A stretch of 61,346 bases of DNA from Candidatus Omnitrophota bacterium (GTDB taxonomy: Bacteria > Omnitrophota > Gorgyraeia > DAOVKU01): positions 1 through 61,346 of the forward strand of contig JBDRBQ010000067.1 in assembly GCA_043822625.1 (NCBI GenBank). Reading direction: 5' to 3'. Shown in pieces: positions 38,281-49,206 of this stretch (positions within the stretch are counted from its first letter, which is position 1; each line of letters begins with the position of its first letter). Made by a program: the position numbers and the translations under genes. The notes under the pieces are model-generated. The model made no database searches. It was not told the DNA's origin and saw nothing but the letters and a program-made list of their open reading frames with translations.

Positions 38281-38841
38281 ATGAAAAAAGTGCCTCTTGC
38301 TAATAAGTTGTCTATACTTAGAATTTTATGTATTCCTTTTTTTATAGGAACGCTGATATATTATAATCCCCAAAGAGATTATTTGCGTTGGATATCTTTG
38401 GGGATTTTTTGCGTAGCGGCTTTAAGTGATTTTTTTGACGGCTTTTTTGCCAGGAAATTACAACAAAAAACTACCTTTGGCGCGATTATCGATCCTTTAG
38501 CCGATAAAGCTTTACTGATATCTTCTTTCATTACTTTAGCCGCTTTAAAAAGTTCTATATGGAATTTTAAATTCCCGACATGGATACCTATAATAATAAT
38601 AAGTAGAGACGCTATAATTTTACTGGGATCCGCTTTGATATGCGCCTTAAAAAAAGAATTTAAAATTTTGCCTACACCTCTGGGAAAACTTACTACTACG
38701 TTCCAAATGACAACTATTATATGTATTATTGCCAATTTTAAATTCGCGCCTTTCATCTGGAACACGACTGTTTTAATTACTGTTTTTTCGGGAATTCAAT
38801 ATATTACTCATGGTATAAAAATTTTGAATACGGAGGAATAA
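38281..38841 (+). CDS. pgsA: CDP-alcohol phosphatidyltransferase (phosphatidylglycerophosphate synthase-like)
   Basis: DFFDGFFARKLQQKTTFGAIIDPLADK matches the D-x2-DG-x2-AR...G-x3-D-x3-D motif. Polytopic membrane protein. Confidence 0.78.
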   Translation: MKKVPLANKLSILRILCIPFFIGTLIYYNPQRDYLRWISLGIFCVAALSDFFDGFFARKLQQKTTFGAIIDPLADKALLISSFITLAALKSSIWNFKFPTWIPIIIISRDAIILLGSALICALKKEFKILPTPLGKLTTTFQMTTIICIIANFKFAPFIWNTTVLITVFSGIQYITHGIKILNTEE

Positions 38842-38843
38842 CT

Positions 38844-39476
38844 TTGATAATAATTGGATTTATTTGCGCTTATTTAATGGGCGCTATACCTTTCGCGTAT
38901 ATATTTACAAAATTAACCAAGCATGTGGATATAAGAACTCAAGGCAGCGGCAATGTCGGCGCGACTAATGTTATGAGAGTTGCCGGCGGGAAAATGGCTT
39001 TATTAGTTCTGATTTTAGATATACTTAAAGGCATCTTAGCGGCATCTTTTTTAGCTTTTATTTTCGCGCCTTATACTCAAATGACTTTAACAAATGTAAT
39101 GCTTTTATTCGCGGCCGGCGCGGTTATAGGACACATCTGGACTATATTCTTAAAGTTTAAAGGGGGCAAGGGTGTAGCAACAAGTTTAGGCGCCTGCATC
39201 GGACTTAGTTTCTATCTTGCGGATTTTCGTTTTTTGATTTTAATCGCGCTTGTAAGCTGGATTTTATTTTTTATTCTTACTAAATACGTTTCCGTCGGTT
39301 CTATAGTGGCGGCTTTAAGTCTTCCAGTAACAGCGGTTTTAAAGAGTCTCAACTTAAATATCGTCCTTTTTTGCGTATTTATAGGAACACTAATTATCCT
39401 AAAACACCACGAAAACATAAACAGAATTTTCACAAAAAAAGAAACAAAAATTTATCTTTTTAAAAAATCGCGTTAA
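38844..39476 (+). CDS. plsY: glycerol-3-phosphate acyltransferase PlsY
   Basis: TTG start. GSGN.GATNV.R and F.GGKGVAT motifs. Confidence 0.9.
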   Translation: MIIIGFICAYLMGAIPFAYIFTKLTKHVDIRTQGSGNVGATNVMRVAGGKMALLVLILDILKGILAASFLAFIFAPYTQMTLTNVMLLFAAGAVIGHIWTIFLKFKGGKGVATSLGACIGLSFYLADFRFLILIALVSWILFFILTKYVSVGSIVAALSLPVTAVLKSLNLNIVLFCVFIGTLIILKHHENINRIFTKKETKIYLFKKSR

Positions 39477-39576
39477 AAAAATAGGTTTGAGTTGTTATTT
39501 TATATTTTAATATGGTATAATACAAACATTGTAGTATAAAAAATATTGATTTAAAACCAATAAGGAGGTTATACGC

Positions 39577-40224
39577 ATGGCAATAAAAACATTTTCTATT
39601 AATGAAGCTCTGCTTTTTGGCTGGAACGTAATGAAGAAAAATATTGGGTTTTTTATAGGCATCCTGGTTGTGGTATTTATCGCTTCTGCCGCGCCCGACG
39701 TTATAAATAATTTCATAAAAGGGAAAGCGCCCGTGGCAATATCTATTATAATAGCAGTCATATTTTGGGTTTTACAGTTAATATTAGGAATGGGGCTGAT
39801 AAAAATCGCTCTTAAATTTTGCGGCAACGAAAAACCGGATTTCGCGGTACTTTTTTCCGGCATCCCGTTATTTTTTAAATATCTGGCGGGAGTAATTCTG
39901 TATGTGCTTATTGTGTTGGGAGGATTGATTCTGCTTATTGTTCCCGGTGTTATATGGAGTATTAAATTTCAATATTTTCCCTATTTGATTATCGATAAAA
40001 ATATGGGGCCCATAGAAGCTTTAAAAAAGAGCGCTTCTATTACTCATGGTGCCAAATGGGATTTGCTGGGATTTAATGTTGTGCTTGCTGTTGTGAATGT
40101 ACTCGGCATTTTATGTCTATTAATAGGCGCTTTTGCCGCTGTACCGACGGTGATGATAGCTTACGCTTTTGTTTATCGCAAATTGCTGGCGCAAACCGAA
40201 GCAGTATCAACACCGGCAGTTTAA
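39577..40224 (+). CDS. polytopic membrane protein of unknown function
   Basis: GGAGG RBS at 39564-39568 and about 5 hydrophobic helices. No catalytic motif recognised. Confidence 0.55.
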   Translation: MAIKTFSINEALLFGWNVMKKNIGFFIGILVVVFIASAAPDVINNFIKGKAPVAISIIIAVIFWVLQLILGMGLIKIALKFCGNEKPDFAVLFSGIPLFFKYLAGVILYVLIVLGGLILLIVPGVIWSIKFQYFPYLIIDKNMGPIEALKKSASITHGAKWDLLGFNVVLAVVNVLGILCLLIGAFAAVPTVMIAYAFVYRKLLAQTEAVSTPAV

Positions 40225-40246
40225 CTTTAAAATTAACTCGTTTAAA

Positions 40247-40280
40247 TAGAGGGGCTTGTATCAAACTACAAGCCCCTCTA
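40247..40280. terminator. bidirectional intrinsic terminator between convergent genes
   Basis: Perfect 14-bp stem TAGAGGGGCTTGTA / TACAAGCCCCTCTA with loop TCAAAC, flanked by A-rich and T-rich runs. Lies between the membrane-protein gene (+) and ispH (-). Confidence 0.75.
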
Positions 40281-40398
40281 TTATTTTAATGCCGAATTTG
40301 TTCAAAGTAGTTTTTTTTGCGAAAAGGATATAAAAAATTATCTTGATTTAATTTCGTCAATCGCGAACAGACCAGATTAGCACTCTTCATCTATACAC

Positions 40399-41238
40399 CT
40401 AACGCAAAATCAAGGTTAAATAGTTTACTATATCCCGGGTGGTTGTATCCGGAGTAGAAGAACCTGCCGTAATTCCTATGTTTCGCGCGTCGTCAAACCA
40501 TGACTTTTTTATGTCTTTCTTCGATTGAACCCAATAACTGCGCGTATTAAGCGTCTTGGATATTTCATATAACCTGCGGGTGTTGGCGCTCTTTTTTGAA
40601 CCGATAATAAGCATAACGTCATTCTCAAGAGGCATGGTTTTTATCTCCTGTTGTTTGTATCGCGTTGGCCTGCAAATCGTATTAAAGAACTTTAAATCCT
40701 TAATATGTTCTTTTAATATAGCTGTTATTTTAAAAACATTTTCTTCTGTCTGTGTGGACTGCACTACCACACAGGCTTTTTTGAACTTTTTTACTTTTTT
40801 CGGAATATTTTTAACATTATCTATTACGGTTGCTTTTTCTTTTAACTGCCCGACAATGCCCTTAACTTCGTCGTGGTTTTTGTCGCCAATTACTATAATT
40901 TTAAAATTTTTATCTTCCATGTCCTTGACGATGTTATGAATTTCCTTAACCATGGGACAGGTAGCATCTATTATTTCATATCCAAGAGAGCGGGCTTTTT
41001 CTACGATTTCGGCAGAAGTTCCGTGAGCCCTGATAAGAATATCTTTATTTTCACCCCGCGTGAGGCGGGTTATTTTTTTCATACCGGATTTTTTTATTTG
41101 CTTAACAACGTCTTCGTTATGCACGATATCTCCGAGCATTTCTACCGTCCTGCCTTTTTGAGCCGCGTCAATCGCGATTTTCACTGCCCGTTTTACGCCA
41201 AAACAAAAACCGGCTGATTTAGCTATAGTTATCTTCAT
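40399..41238 (-). CDS. ispH: 4-hydroxy-3-methylbut-2-enyl diphosphate reductase
   Basis: GFCFGV.RA, H.G...I.DATCP.V and ..GS..S.N motifs. It is the only confident minus-strand gene. Confidence 0.93.
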   Translation of the reverse strand: MKITIAKSAGFCFGVKRAVKIAIDAAQKGRTVEMLGDIVHNEDVVKQIKKSGMKKITRLTRGENKDILIRAHGTSAEIVEKARSLGYEIIDATCPMVKEIHNIVKDMEDKNFKIIVIGDKNHDEVKGIVGQLKEKATVIDNVKNIPKKVKKFKKACVVVQSTQTEENVFKITAILKEHIKDLKFFNTICRPTRYKQQEIKTMPLENDVMLIIGSKKSANTRRLYEISKTLNTRSYWVQSKKDIKKSWFDDARNIGITAGSSTPDTTTRDIVNYLTLILR

Positions 41239-41522
41239 AAATATTGTCCTTTCCCCAACAATTTTAAAATTATTATAATTTTAGAAACAGTACCTGTAAA
41301 AATCATCCGACTAACTATATCGTAATTATTTTTTTCTATTTTATACAATATCGAAGCATATATTTCCATTTGAATTCTATTTTACATGTAAGCCATAGTA
41401 AATCAAGACAAAAATCAGTAACCATTCCAATTATAGATAATCCTTGCTTAAAGGGCATGTTTTTCTTATAATAAAACAATACATGTTTGGGTAAAAAAAG
41501 CAGTTCTATCGATATAAAAAAT

Positions 41523-43487
41523 ATGAAAAAATTCACTCTTACGACAAACCTGAAACCCGGCGGCGACCAGCCCCAAGCTATCAAAAAATTAAGAGAAGGT
41601 TATGAAAAGGGACAAAATTTTCAAACACTTTTGGGCGTTACCGGTAGTGGGAAAACTTTTACCATAGCTAATTTTTTAGACGGTATGAGCCGTCCGGTTC
41701 TGGTTATTTCTCATAATAAAACGCTTGCCGCCCAGCTTTACAGCGAATTTAAAGACTTTTTCCCACATAACGCTGTTGAATACTTTGTGAGTTACTACGA
41801 TTATTATCAGCCGGAAGCTTACATCCCGCAAACCGATACTTACATCGAGAAGGACGCTTCTATAAACGAACAGCTTGACCGGTTGAGACTTTCCACCACT
41901 TCATCTTTAATATCACGTCAAGATACAATTGTAGTAGCCAGCGTTTCCTGCATTTATAATTTGGGTTCGCCCGAAGAATATCAGCAATTGCTTCTGAACG
42001 CCCAGCGCGGTCAAAAGATAAAAAGAAATGATTTGGCGCGCCGTTTAGTCGATATTCTTTATGAAAGAAATGATGTCTCTTTTACAAGGGGAACTTTTAG
42101 AATCCGCGGGGATGTCGTGGATATTTTTCCTTCTTACAGCGAACAGGCGTTACGAATCGAATTTTTCGGAGAAGCGATAGAAAATATATACAAAATAAAT
42201 CCGGTTACATTAAAAAAAATAGAAGAACTGGATAAAGTCGTGCTTTACCCTGCAAAACATTTTCTAATAGATAAAAACAGGGTAGAAACAGCTCTTAAAT
42301 CAATCGAATGGGAACTGGAAGACAGGCTAAAGGACTTAAACAGTAAAAATAAATTACTGGAGGCACAACGGCTTGAATCGAGAACACGGTATGATATGGA
42401 AATGTTAAAAACCGTCGGATACTGCCACGGCATTGAAAATTATTCGCGGCATCTGTCGAGTAGGCCGGACAGTTCAAGGCCTTATTGTCTTTTGGATTAT
42501 TTCCCCGAAGAATTTATTACCGTAATAGATGAATCTCACGTTACCATTCCACAGATAAGAGGGATGTACGCGGGCGATAAGGCACGCAAAGAAGTGCTCG
42601 TGGAACACGGCTTCAGACTGCCGTCATGTTTAGATAACCGCCCGTTGAAATTCGATGAATTTAAAAAAGTTCTGAAAGAAACAATTTTCGTTTCGGCGAC
42701 ACCAGCGGATTATGAACTGCGTTTAAGCGGCAAACCCATAGAACAGATTGTCCGGCCCACGGGATTGCTTGATCCTGAGATAGAAATCCGTCCGACGGAA
42801 AATCAGATAGACGATATTATAGAACAGGTTCAGGAAAGAGCAAATAAAGAAGAACGGGTATTAATTACGACTTTGACAAAAAAAATGGCCGAAGACTTAA
42901 CCGCTTATCTGAAGGAAATAGGACTTAAAGTAAGATACTTGCATTCGGAAATAGACACCCTTGAGAGAGTGGCTATCCTCAAAAGTCTACGGAAAAAAGA
43001 GTTTGATTGTTTGGTAGGCATTAATTTATTAAGAGAAGGTATAGATTTGCCGGAAGTATCTCTGGTATGCATGCTGGACGCGGATAAAGCCGGTTTTTTA
43101 CGCTCTTATACTTCGCTTATTCAGATAACCGGCAGGTGCGCGCGCAATGTCAACGCTAAAGTAATTATGTACGCGGATAAAATTACAGAAGCTATGGCCA
43201 TGACCATAAAAGAAACCGAACGGCGGCGTAAAATTCAGGTTGAATATAATAAGAAGCACAACATAAAACCGGCTACCATCAAAAAAGCTATTCGTGAAGG
43301 CATTGAAATGCACCTGGATTCTAAAAAACTTTTACTGAAATTTTCGGGACAGTCTGAAGATGAGTATGAACTCAATAATCTAATATCGCATCTTCAGAGA
43401 GAAATGGAAATAGCCGCAAAAAAAATGGAATTCGAAAAAGCGGCTGAATTAAGAGACCGGATAAAGGAACTATCGCGTCATAAATAA
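41523..43487 (+). CDS. uvrB: excinuclease ABC subunit B
   Basis: GDQP.AI, GVTGSGKTFT Walker A, the beta-hairpin region YYDYYQPEAY, DESH, and the C-terminal UVR motif. The listed TTG 41487 start is probably too far upstream; ATG 41523 gives MKKFTL. Confidence 0.97.
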   Translation: MKKFTLTTNLKPGGDQPQAIKKLREGYEKGQNFQTLLGVTGSGKTFTIANFLDGMSRPVLVISHNKTLAAQLYSEFKDFFPHNAVEYFVSYYDYYQPEAYIPQTDTYIEKDASINEQLDRLRLSTTSSLISRQDTIVVASVSCIYNLGSPEEYQQLLLNAQRGQKIKRNDLARRLVDILYERNDVSFTRGTFRIRGDVVDIFPSYSEQALRIEFFGEAIENIYKINPVTLKKIEELDKVVLYPAKHFLIDKNRVETALKSIEWELEDRLKDLNSKNKLLEAQRLESRTRYDMEMLKTVGYCHGIENYSRHLSSRPDSSRPYCLLDYFPEEFITVIDESHVTIPQIRGMYAGDKARKEVLVEHGFRLPSCLDNRPLKFDEFKKVLKETIFVSATPADYELRLSGKPIEQIVRPTGLLDPEIEIRPTENQIDDIIEQVQERANKEERVLITTLTKKMAEDLTAYLKEIGLKVRYLHSEIDTLERVAILKSLRKKEFDCLVGINLLREGIDLPEVSLVCMLDADKAGFLRSYTSLIQITGRCARNVNAKVIMYADKITEAMAMTIKETERRRKIQVEYNKKHNIKPATIKKAIREGIEMHLDSKKLLLKFSGQSEDEYELNNLISHLQREMEIAAKKMEFEKAAELRDRIKELSRHK

Positions 43488-43723
43488 CCGGCAATTTCCC
43501 TTTTTGGAAAAGAAGTACTATGGATCCAAGCAATTTCCCCACTTTGAAAAAGGGCAAAGTAACCAAGTAACTTCCCCACTTTGAAAAAGGGGCAAAGTAA
43601 CCAAGCAATTCCCCACTTTGAGAAGGGGCAAAAGTCCAAGCAATTCCCCCACTTTGAAAAGGGGCAAAAGTCCAAGCAATTCCCCCACTTTGAAAAAGGG
43701 GGGATAGGGGGGATTTATTATAA
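43488..43723. repeat. tandem array of about 36-bp units (one degenerate plus 5) ending GGGGGGATAGGGGGGATTTATTATAA
   Basis: Unit CCAAGCAATTCCCCCACTTTGAGAAGGGGCAAAAGT. Units start at 43526, 43563, 43601, 43636 and 43672. Confidence 0.9.
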
Positions 43724-44104
43724 TATGTTAAAATATAAATCTACTTTAAAACATAATGCGCGTCGATTACGAAAGGAAATGACAGATAGTGAAAAAAAAC
43801 TATGGTCAAGATTACGTGGTAAACAAATCATGGCTATTCAGTTTTATCGACAAAAACCCATAGGTCCTTATATTGTAGATTTTTATGCCCCTACGGCAAA
43901 GATTGTTGTAGAAGTGGATGGTTCGCAACACATGGAAGAAAGAGCGGAGCAAAAAGATATGCAACGAGATGATTACTTGAAGGATCAAAATTTATTTATA
44001 TTGCGCTTCAATAATTTACAAGTTTTACAAGAGTTGGATTCTGTAGTTGAAGTGATTTATCAAACAGTAAAAGAAAGGATGTAAATAAAAAACAAATCCC
44101 CCCC
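43707..44104 (+). mobile_element. candidate one-gene cassette: DUF559 ORF bounded by inverted GGGGGGATTT / AAATCCCCCCC
   Basis: GGGGGGATTT at 43707-43716 and AAATCCCCCCC at 44094-44104 are reverse complements. The cassette sits between two co-linear copies of the same repeat array. Confidence 0.4.
43725..44084 (+). CDS. DUF559 (Vsr-like PD-(D/E)xK) endonuclease-domain protein
   Basis: ARRLRKEMTDSEKKLW.RLR, FYRQKPIGPYIVDFY and KIVVEVDGSQH match the DUF559 pattern. The ORF is also open in frame upstream through the repeat array to 43581. Confidence 0.8.
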   Translation: MLKYKSTLKHNARRLRKEMTDSEKKLWSRLRGKQIMAIQFYRQKPIGPYIVDFYAPTAKIVVEVDGSQHMEERAEQKDMQRDDYLKDQNLFILRFNNLQVLQELDSVVEVIYQTVKERM

Positions 44105-44144
44105 TGCATGCTAAAGGCATGGTCCGCCGCAGGAGGAGCCAGGC

Positions 44145-44438
44145 TTCATCCCCCTTTTTCAATAGAGGTCCAAGTAACTTCCCCACTTTGAAAAAGGGGC
44201 AAAGTAACCAAGCAATTCCCCACTTTGAGAAGGGGCAAAAGTCCAAGCAATTCCCCCACTTTGAGAAGGGGCAAAAGTCCAAGCAATTCCCCCACTTTGA
44301 GAAGGGGCAAAAGTCCAAGCAATTCCCCCACTTTGAAAAAGGGCAAAAGTCCAAGCAATTCCCCCACTTTGAAAAAGGGCAAAAGTCCAAGCAATTCCCC
44401 CACTTTGAAAAAGGGGGGATAGGGGGGATTTATTATAA
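44145..44438. repeat. second tandem array of the same about 36-bp unit (one degenerate plus 7) with the identical terminal unit
   Basis: Units start at 44170, 44208, 44243, 44279, 44315, 44351 and 44387. The order of unit variants matches the upstream array. Confidence 0.9.
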
Positions 44439-44447
44439 GGTAAAACA

Positions 44448-45428
44448 ATGCAAAACATAGACGATAAAATTATTTCGATATTAAAAGAAAACAAAGATAC
44501 CTACGTTTCGGGAGAAGAACTGAGCCGTATTTTAGGTATATCGAGAGCGGGGATATGGAAACACATCCGCAAAATTAAAGAACACAAATACGGAATTACA
44601 GCTTCCCCTCATTTAGGATACAGATTAACCGGTATCCCCGACAGCATGATTCCGGCCGAGATTAAATATAAACTCGATACCTCTGTCATCGGCAATGAAA
44701 TTTATTCATATCAGGTTCTCGATTCGACCAACGATACCGCCGAAAAATTGGCCATTGAAGGCGCGAAGGAAGGAGTAGTGGTTTTTGCCGAAAACCAACA
44801 AAAAGGCAGAGGCAGGCAAAATAGAAAATGGATTTCGCCCGATAAAAAAGGCATTTACATGTCGGTGATTTTAAGACCTGCTTTGCCGCCGTCGGCAGTA
44901 TCCAAAATTACACTTATATCTTCATTAGCCGTCCTTAACGCCATAAGAAGAATTTCTTCACTGCCTGTTTTGATTAAATGGCCGAACGACATTATCATCA
45001 ACAATAAAAAAGTATGCGGCATACTGACCGAAACTACGGCCCAGCCGGATATTGTAAAGTTTATCATTATAGGCATAGGTATAAATGTGAACACACCAAA
45101 AGAACTTTTGCCGGAAAACGCGACTTCTCTTTTCGAAGAATCGGGGAAGAGTATAAACAGAATTTCTCTTACGCGGGAGATATTAAAAGAACTTGAAAAA
45201 TACTATTTTTTATTTAAAAAAGATGGTATAAAAACTATAATTAACGAATGGCGGGATTTTTCGGCAACCCTGGGTAACAGAGTAAAAATAAACGGTTTAA
45301 ATAATGTTTACGAAGGACAGGCGCTGGCTATCGATGAAGATACCGGCAATTTAATCATTCGCGAAGACAGCGGTTTTACGCGCGCTGTTTCTTCAGGAGA
45401 CGTGGAAATTTTAAAAAAGGAGCCCTAA
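44448..45428 (+). CDS. birA: bifunctional biotin-[acetyl-CoA-carboxylase] ligase / transcriptional repressor
   Basis: N-terminal HTH (SGEELSR.LGISRAGIWKHI), ligase motif QQKGRGRQNRKW and KWPNDI. Confidence 0.9.
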   Translation: MQNIDDKIISILKENKDTYVSGEELSRILGISRAGIWKHIRKIKEHKYGITASPHLGYRLTGIPDSMIPAEIKYKLDTSVIGNEIYSYQVLDSTNDTAEKLAIEGAKEGVVVFAENQQKGRGRQNRKWISPDKKGIYMSVILRPALPPSAVSKITLISSLAVLNAIRRISSLPVLIKWPNDIIINNKKVCGILTETTAQPDIVKFIIIGIGINVNTPKELLPENATSLFEESGKSINRISLTREILKELEKYYFLFKKDGIKTIINEWRDFSATLGNRVKINGLNNVYEGQALAIDEDTGNLIIREDSGFTRAVSSGDVEILKKEP

Positions 45429-45429
45429 A

Positions 45430-46206
45430 ATGCTTTTATGCGCGGATATAGGAAATACAAATATAACTATCGGAATTTTCGATAAAGAAAAACTTTTACT
45501 GCGGTTTGAAATACCGACGAGGTTTACTCAGGACAGAAAGAAATTATACAGAGCGTTAGCTAAAAGTCTTAATAAAAAACCGATTAAAAAAACCTTAAAA
45601 GAATCTATCATCTGCAGTGTGGTTCCACGTGCGGGGAAAACTTTTAAAGATATTTTACTTAAAGAATTTAATTTAAACTGTCTCGAGGTCGGGAAAAATT
45701 TCAAAGTGCCTATTAAAAACTGTTATTTAAATCCCGCAAAAGTAGGCCAAGACCGTCTCGTAAACGCTGTAGCCGCGGTTAAATTATACGGTAAACCGGC
45801 AATAGTAATCGATTTCGGCACCTGCGTTACTTTCGATTGCATTTCCCAAAAAGGCGAATATCTTGGCGGCTTAATCATGCCCGGTATCGGCATAACTCTC
45901 GACGCTCTTTATGAAAAAACAGCTTTGCTTCCAAAAATAAAAATGTATAAGCCTCACGAGTTAATAGGACGAACTACAAAAGAAAGTATAGCCAGCGGAC
46001 TCTATAACGGCTTTTTGGGAGCGTCTAATTTTATCATAGAAAAAACCAAAAAAAAGCTGGGTAAAAAAACCTTAGTAATAGCCACAGGTGGCAACGCCCT
46101 ATTTTTTAAAACAGCCGGTAAATTTATCAATCAATTGAATTTAGACCTGACTTTACAAGGTCTTTATATTATATACAACGAAAATCAAAGAGAAAAGCAA
46201 AAATAA
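45430..46206 (+). CDS. coaX: type III pantothenate kinase
   Basis: LL.ADIGNTN...G and VGQDRL.NA motifs, IDFGT, and birA-coaX adjacency. Confidence 0.88.
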   Translation: MLLCADIGNTNITIGIFDKEKLLLRFEIPTRFTQDRKKLYRALAKSLNKKPIKKTLKESIICSVVPRAGKTFKDILLKEFNLNCLEVGKNFKVPIKNCYLNPAKVGQDRLVNAVAAVKLYGKPAIVIDFGTCVTFDCISQKGEYLGGLIMPGIGITLDALYEKTALLPKIKMYKPHELIGRTTKESIASGLYNGFLGASNFIIEKTKKKLGKKTLVIATGGNALFFKTAGKFINQLNLDLTLQGLYIIYNENQREKQK

Positions 46207-46319
46207 TAAGCATTAAGTAGATTGCACCAATAAAAATCTAAATATACTGCAATAAATCAGGATATATCCTTTTTTACGGGCTTGATTATTATCGGGTTTT
46301 TGTATAGATTAGTAACTTA

Positions 46320-46346
46320 TTAGCACTCGCAGGCCAAGACTGCTAA
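46320..46346 (+). promoter_or_regulatory. CIRCE operator (HrcA binding site) upstream of groES
   Basis: TTAGCACTC-GCAGGCCAA-GACTGCTAA versus the consensus TTAGCACTC-N9-GAGTGCTAA, with one mismatch in the right arm. Confidence 0.8.
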
Positions 46347-46392
46347 TAATAATCAAAAAAAATATAAAACTAAAGAAAGGAGGCACATTTAT

Positions 46393-46686
46393 ATGTCCAA
46401 AATAAAACCATTAGGAGACAGAGTTTTAATAAAAGTTCTTGATCCGGAAGAAAAAACAAAGGGGGGCATTATCATACCTGATACGGCAAAAGAAAAACCT
46501 CAGCAGGGAAAAGTCGTAGCTGTAGGAACAGGAAAAGTTAAAAAAGATGGTACCCGCATCCCCATGGAGTTAAAAGAGGGAGATAAAGTATTATTCAGCA
46601 AATATTCCGGAAACGAATTTACCACCGCGGAAGGGGAAGAATTGCTGGTTATTAAAGAAGAAGATATTTTAGCTGTTTTCGCGTAA
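46393..46686 (+). CDS. groES: co-chaperonin GroES
   Basis: [10 protein letters not shown]......KT.GGI.IPD.AKEKPQ.G.VVAVG. Confidence 0.97.
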   Translation: MSKIKPLGDRVLIKVLDPEEKTKGGIIIPDTAKEKPQQGKVVAVGTGKVKKDGTRIPMELKEGDKVLFSKYSGNEFTTAEGEELLVIKEEDILAVFA

Positions 46687-46703
46687 TTAATTTAGAAAGT
46701 TAA

Positions 46704-48356
<1,653 letters not shown>

Positions 48357-48383
48357 TACCCCCTAATGCGAACGAAAACAAAA

Positions 48384-48418
48384 AGCCCCGTTTGAATTTT
48401 TGAACGGGGCCTTTTTGT
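48384..48418 (+). terminator. intrinsic terminator after groEL
   Basis: GCCCCGTT / AACGGGGC stem followed by CTTTTTGTT. Confidence 0.8.
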
Positions 48419-48511
48419 TCTTAGCACCTCTTGCAAAATTTAACTTTTTAGTTTATACTATTAAAAATCTAATCTTATAAGTAGGCAATATTAATAAAAG
48501 AGGACAATATC

Positions 48512-48551
48512 AAATTTTTCCCCTTTGCAAAAGGGGGATTAATGGGGATTT
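48512..48551. repeat. AAATCCCC...GGGGATTT-family palindromic element
   Basis: AAATTTTTCCCCTTTGCAAAAGGGGGATTAATGGGGATTT. Confidence 0.75.
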
Positions 48552-48612
48552 GAAAAAGTCGTACACAGCATTAAAACAAAATACTATGTATTTATAAATG
48601 AGGTAATTTGCC

Positions 48613-48933
48613 ATGGTAACTTTCGAAGAATTTAAAAACATAGAAATAAAGACCGCGAAAATACTTGAAGCGCTGGATCATCCAAACGCCAATAAACTTC
48701 TTTTATTAAAAGTAGAAGTCGGCTCAGAACAAAAACAAATAGTTGCCGGCATAAAAGAACGTTATTCAAAAGAAGAATTAATAGGTAAAAATATCGTAAT
48801 TATCAACAATTTAGAACCGGTTTTACTCAGGGGAGAAAAAAGCGAAGGCATGCTTTTAGCGGCTCAGGACGAGAATACCTTATCTTTAATCGTGCCTGAA
48901 AAAGAGGTTAAAAGCGGCAGTACGGTAAAATAA
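48613..48933 (+). CDS. tRNA-binding (EMAP/CsaA-like OB-fold) domain protein
   Basis: F....I..A.I.......A.KL..L.V..G....QIV.GI...Y..E.L.GK..V...NL.P..LRG..S.GMLLAA is the typical tRNA_bind domain pattern. Confidence 0.8.
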   Translation: MVTFEEFKNIEIKTAKILEALDHPNANKLLLLKVEVGSEQKQIVAGIKERYSKEELIGKNIVIINNLEPVLLRGEKSEGMLLAAQDENTLSLIVPEKEVKSGSTVK

Positions 48934-48935
48934 AG

Positions 48936-49205
48936 ATGACACTAAAACCTGCCGATATAAGCGAAGAAGAATTTGAAGCTGTCTGCAAACATTGCGGCGT
49001 ATGCTGTGGCTCTACAGACGGGGACCCGTGCATTTATCTGGAACAAAAAGAAAACGGAAACTATTATTGCCGGATATATACCGAGAGATTGGGAAATAGA
49101 ATTACCGTAAAAGGCAACGTATTCAGATGTATTCCAATTGAACAGGCAATAAAATATCCGCATATTCAAGAAATTTGCGGATACGCTAAATTTTTAAAAA
49201 AATAA
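48936..49205 (+). CDS. small cysteine-cluster protein, YkgJ/UPF0153-like
   Basis: CKHCGVCCG ... C.YL......YYCRIY..R pattern. Confidence 0.5.
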   Translation: MTLKPADISEEEFEAVCKHCGVCCGSTDGDPCIYLEQKENGNYYCRIYTERLGNRITVKGNVFRCIPIEQAIKYPHIQEICGYAKFLKK

Positions 49206-49206
49206 A

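Noticed and set aside
40376-40384. A TTAGCACTC CIRCE half-site near the 3-prime end of ispH.
   Set aside because: No inverted partner (GAGTGCTAA-like) lies 9 nt away, and no chaperone gene is adjacent. It is most likely a chance match.
40556-41217. Two plus-strand ORFs (127 and 114 aa) within the ispH region.
   Set aside because: They are antisense to a full-length, motif-complete ispH. Their sequences are hydrophobic low-complexity typical of shadow ORFs.
43488-44438. The regular 36-bp periodic arrays around the DUF559 gene were considered as CRISPR arrays.
   Set aside because: The units abut each other with no unique spacers. The whole period is the repeat itself, and no cas genes are nearby. 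This is a tandem minisatellite.
43478-44494. Multiple listed ORFs across the arrays (43478-43675 -, 44025-44390 -, 44119-44460 +, 44146-44448 -, 44159-44494 -, 44225-44422 +) that encode repetitive peptides such as FCPFSKWGNCLD.
   Set aside because: They exist only because the unit lacks stop codons in five of six frames. They overlap each other and birA, and have no independent start signals. Only the frame continuous with DUF559 is kept as a possibility.
46271-46300. A candidate groES promoter, TTGATT...TATAGA.
   Set aside because: The spacer is only 15-16 bp by my count and the -10 box is weak. This is not strong enough to report as a feature, although a promoter must lie near the CIRCE site.
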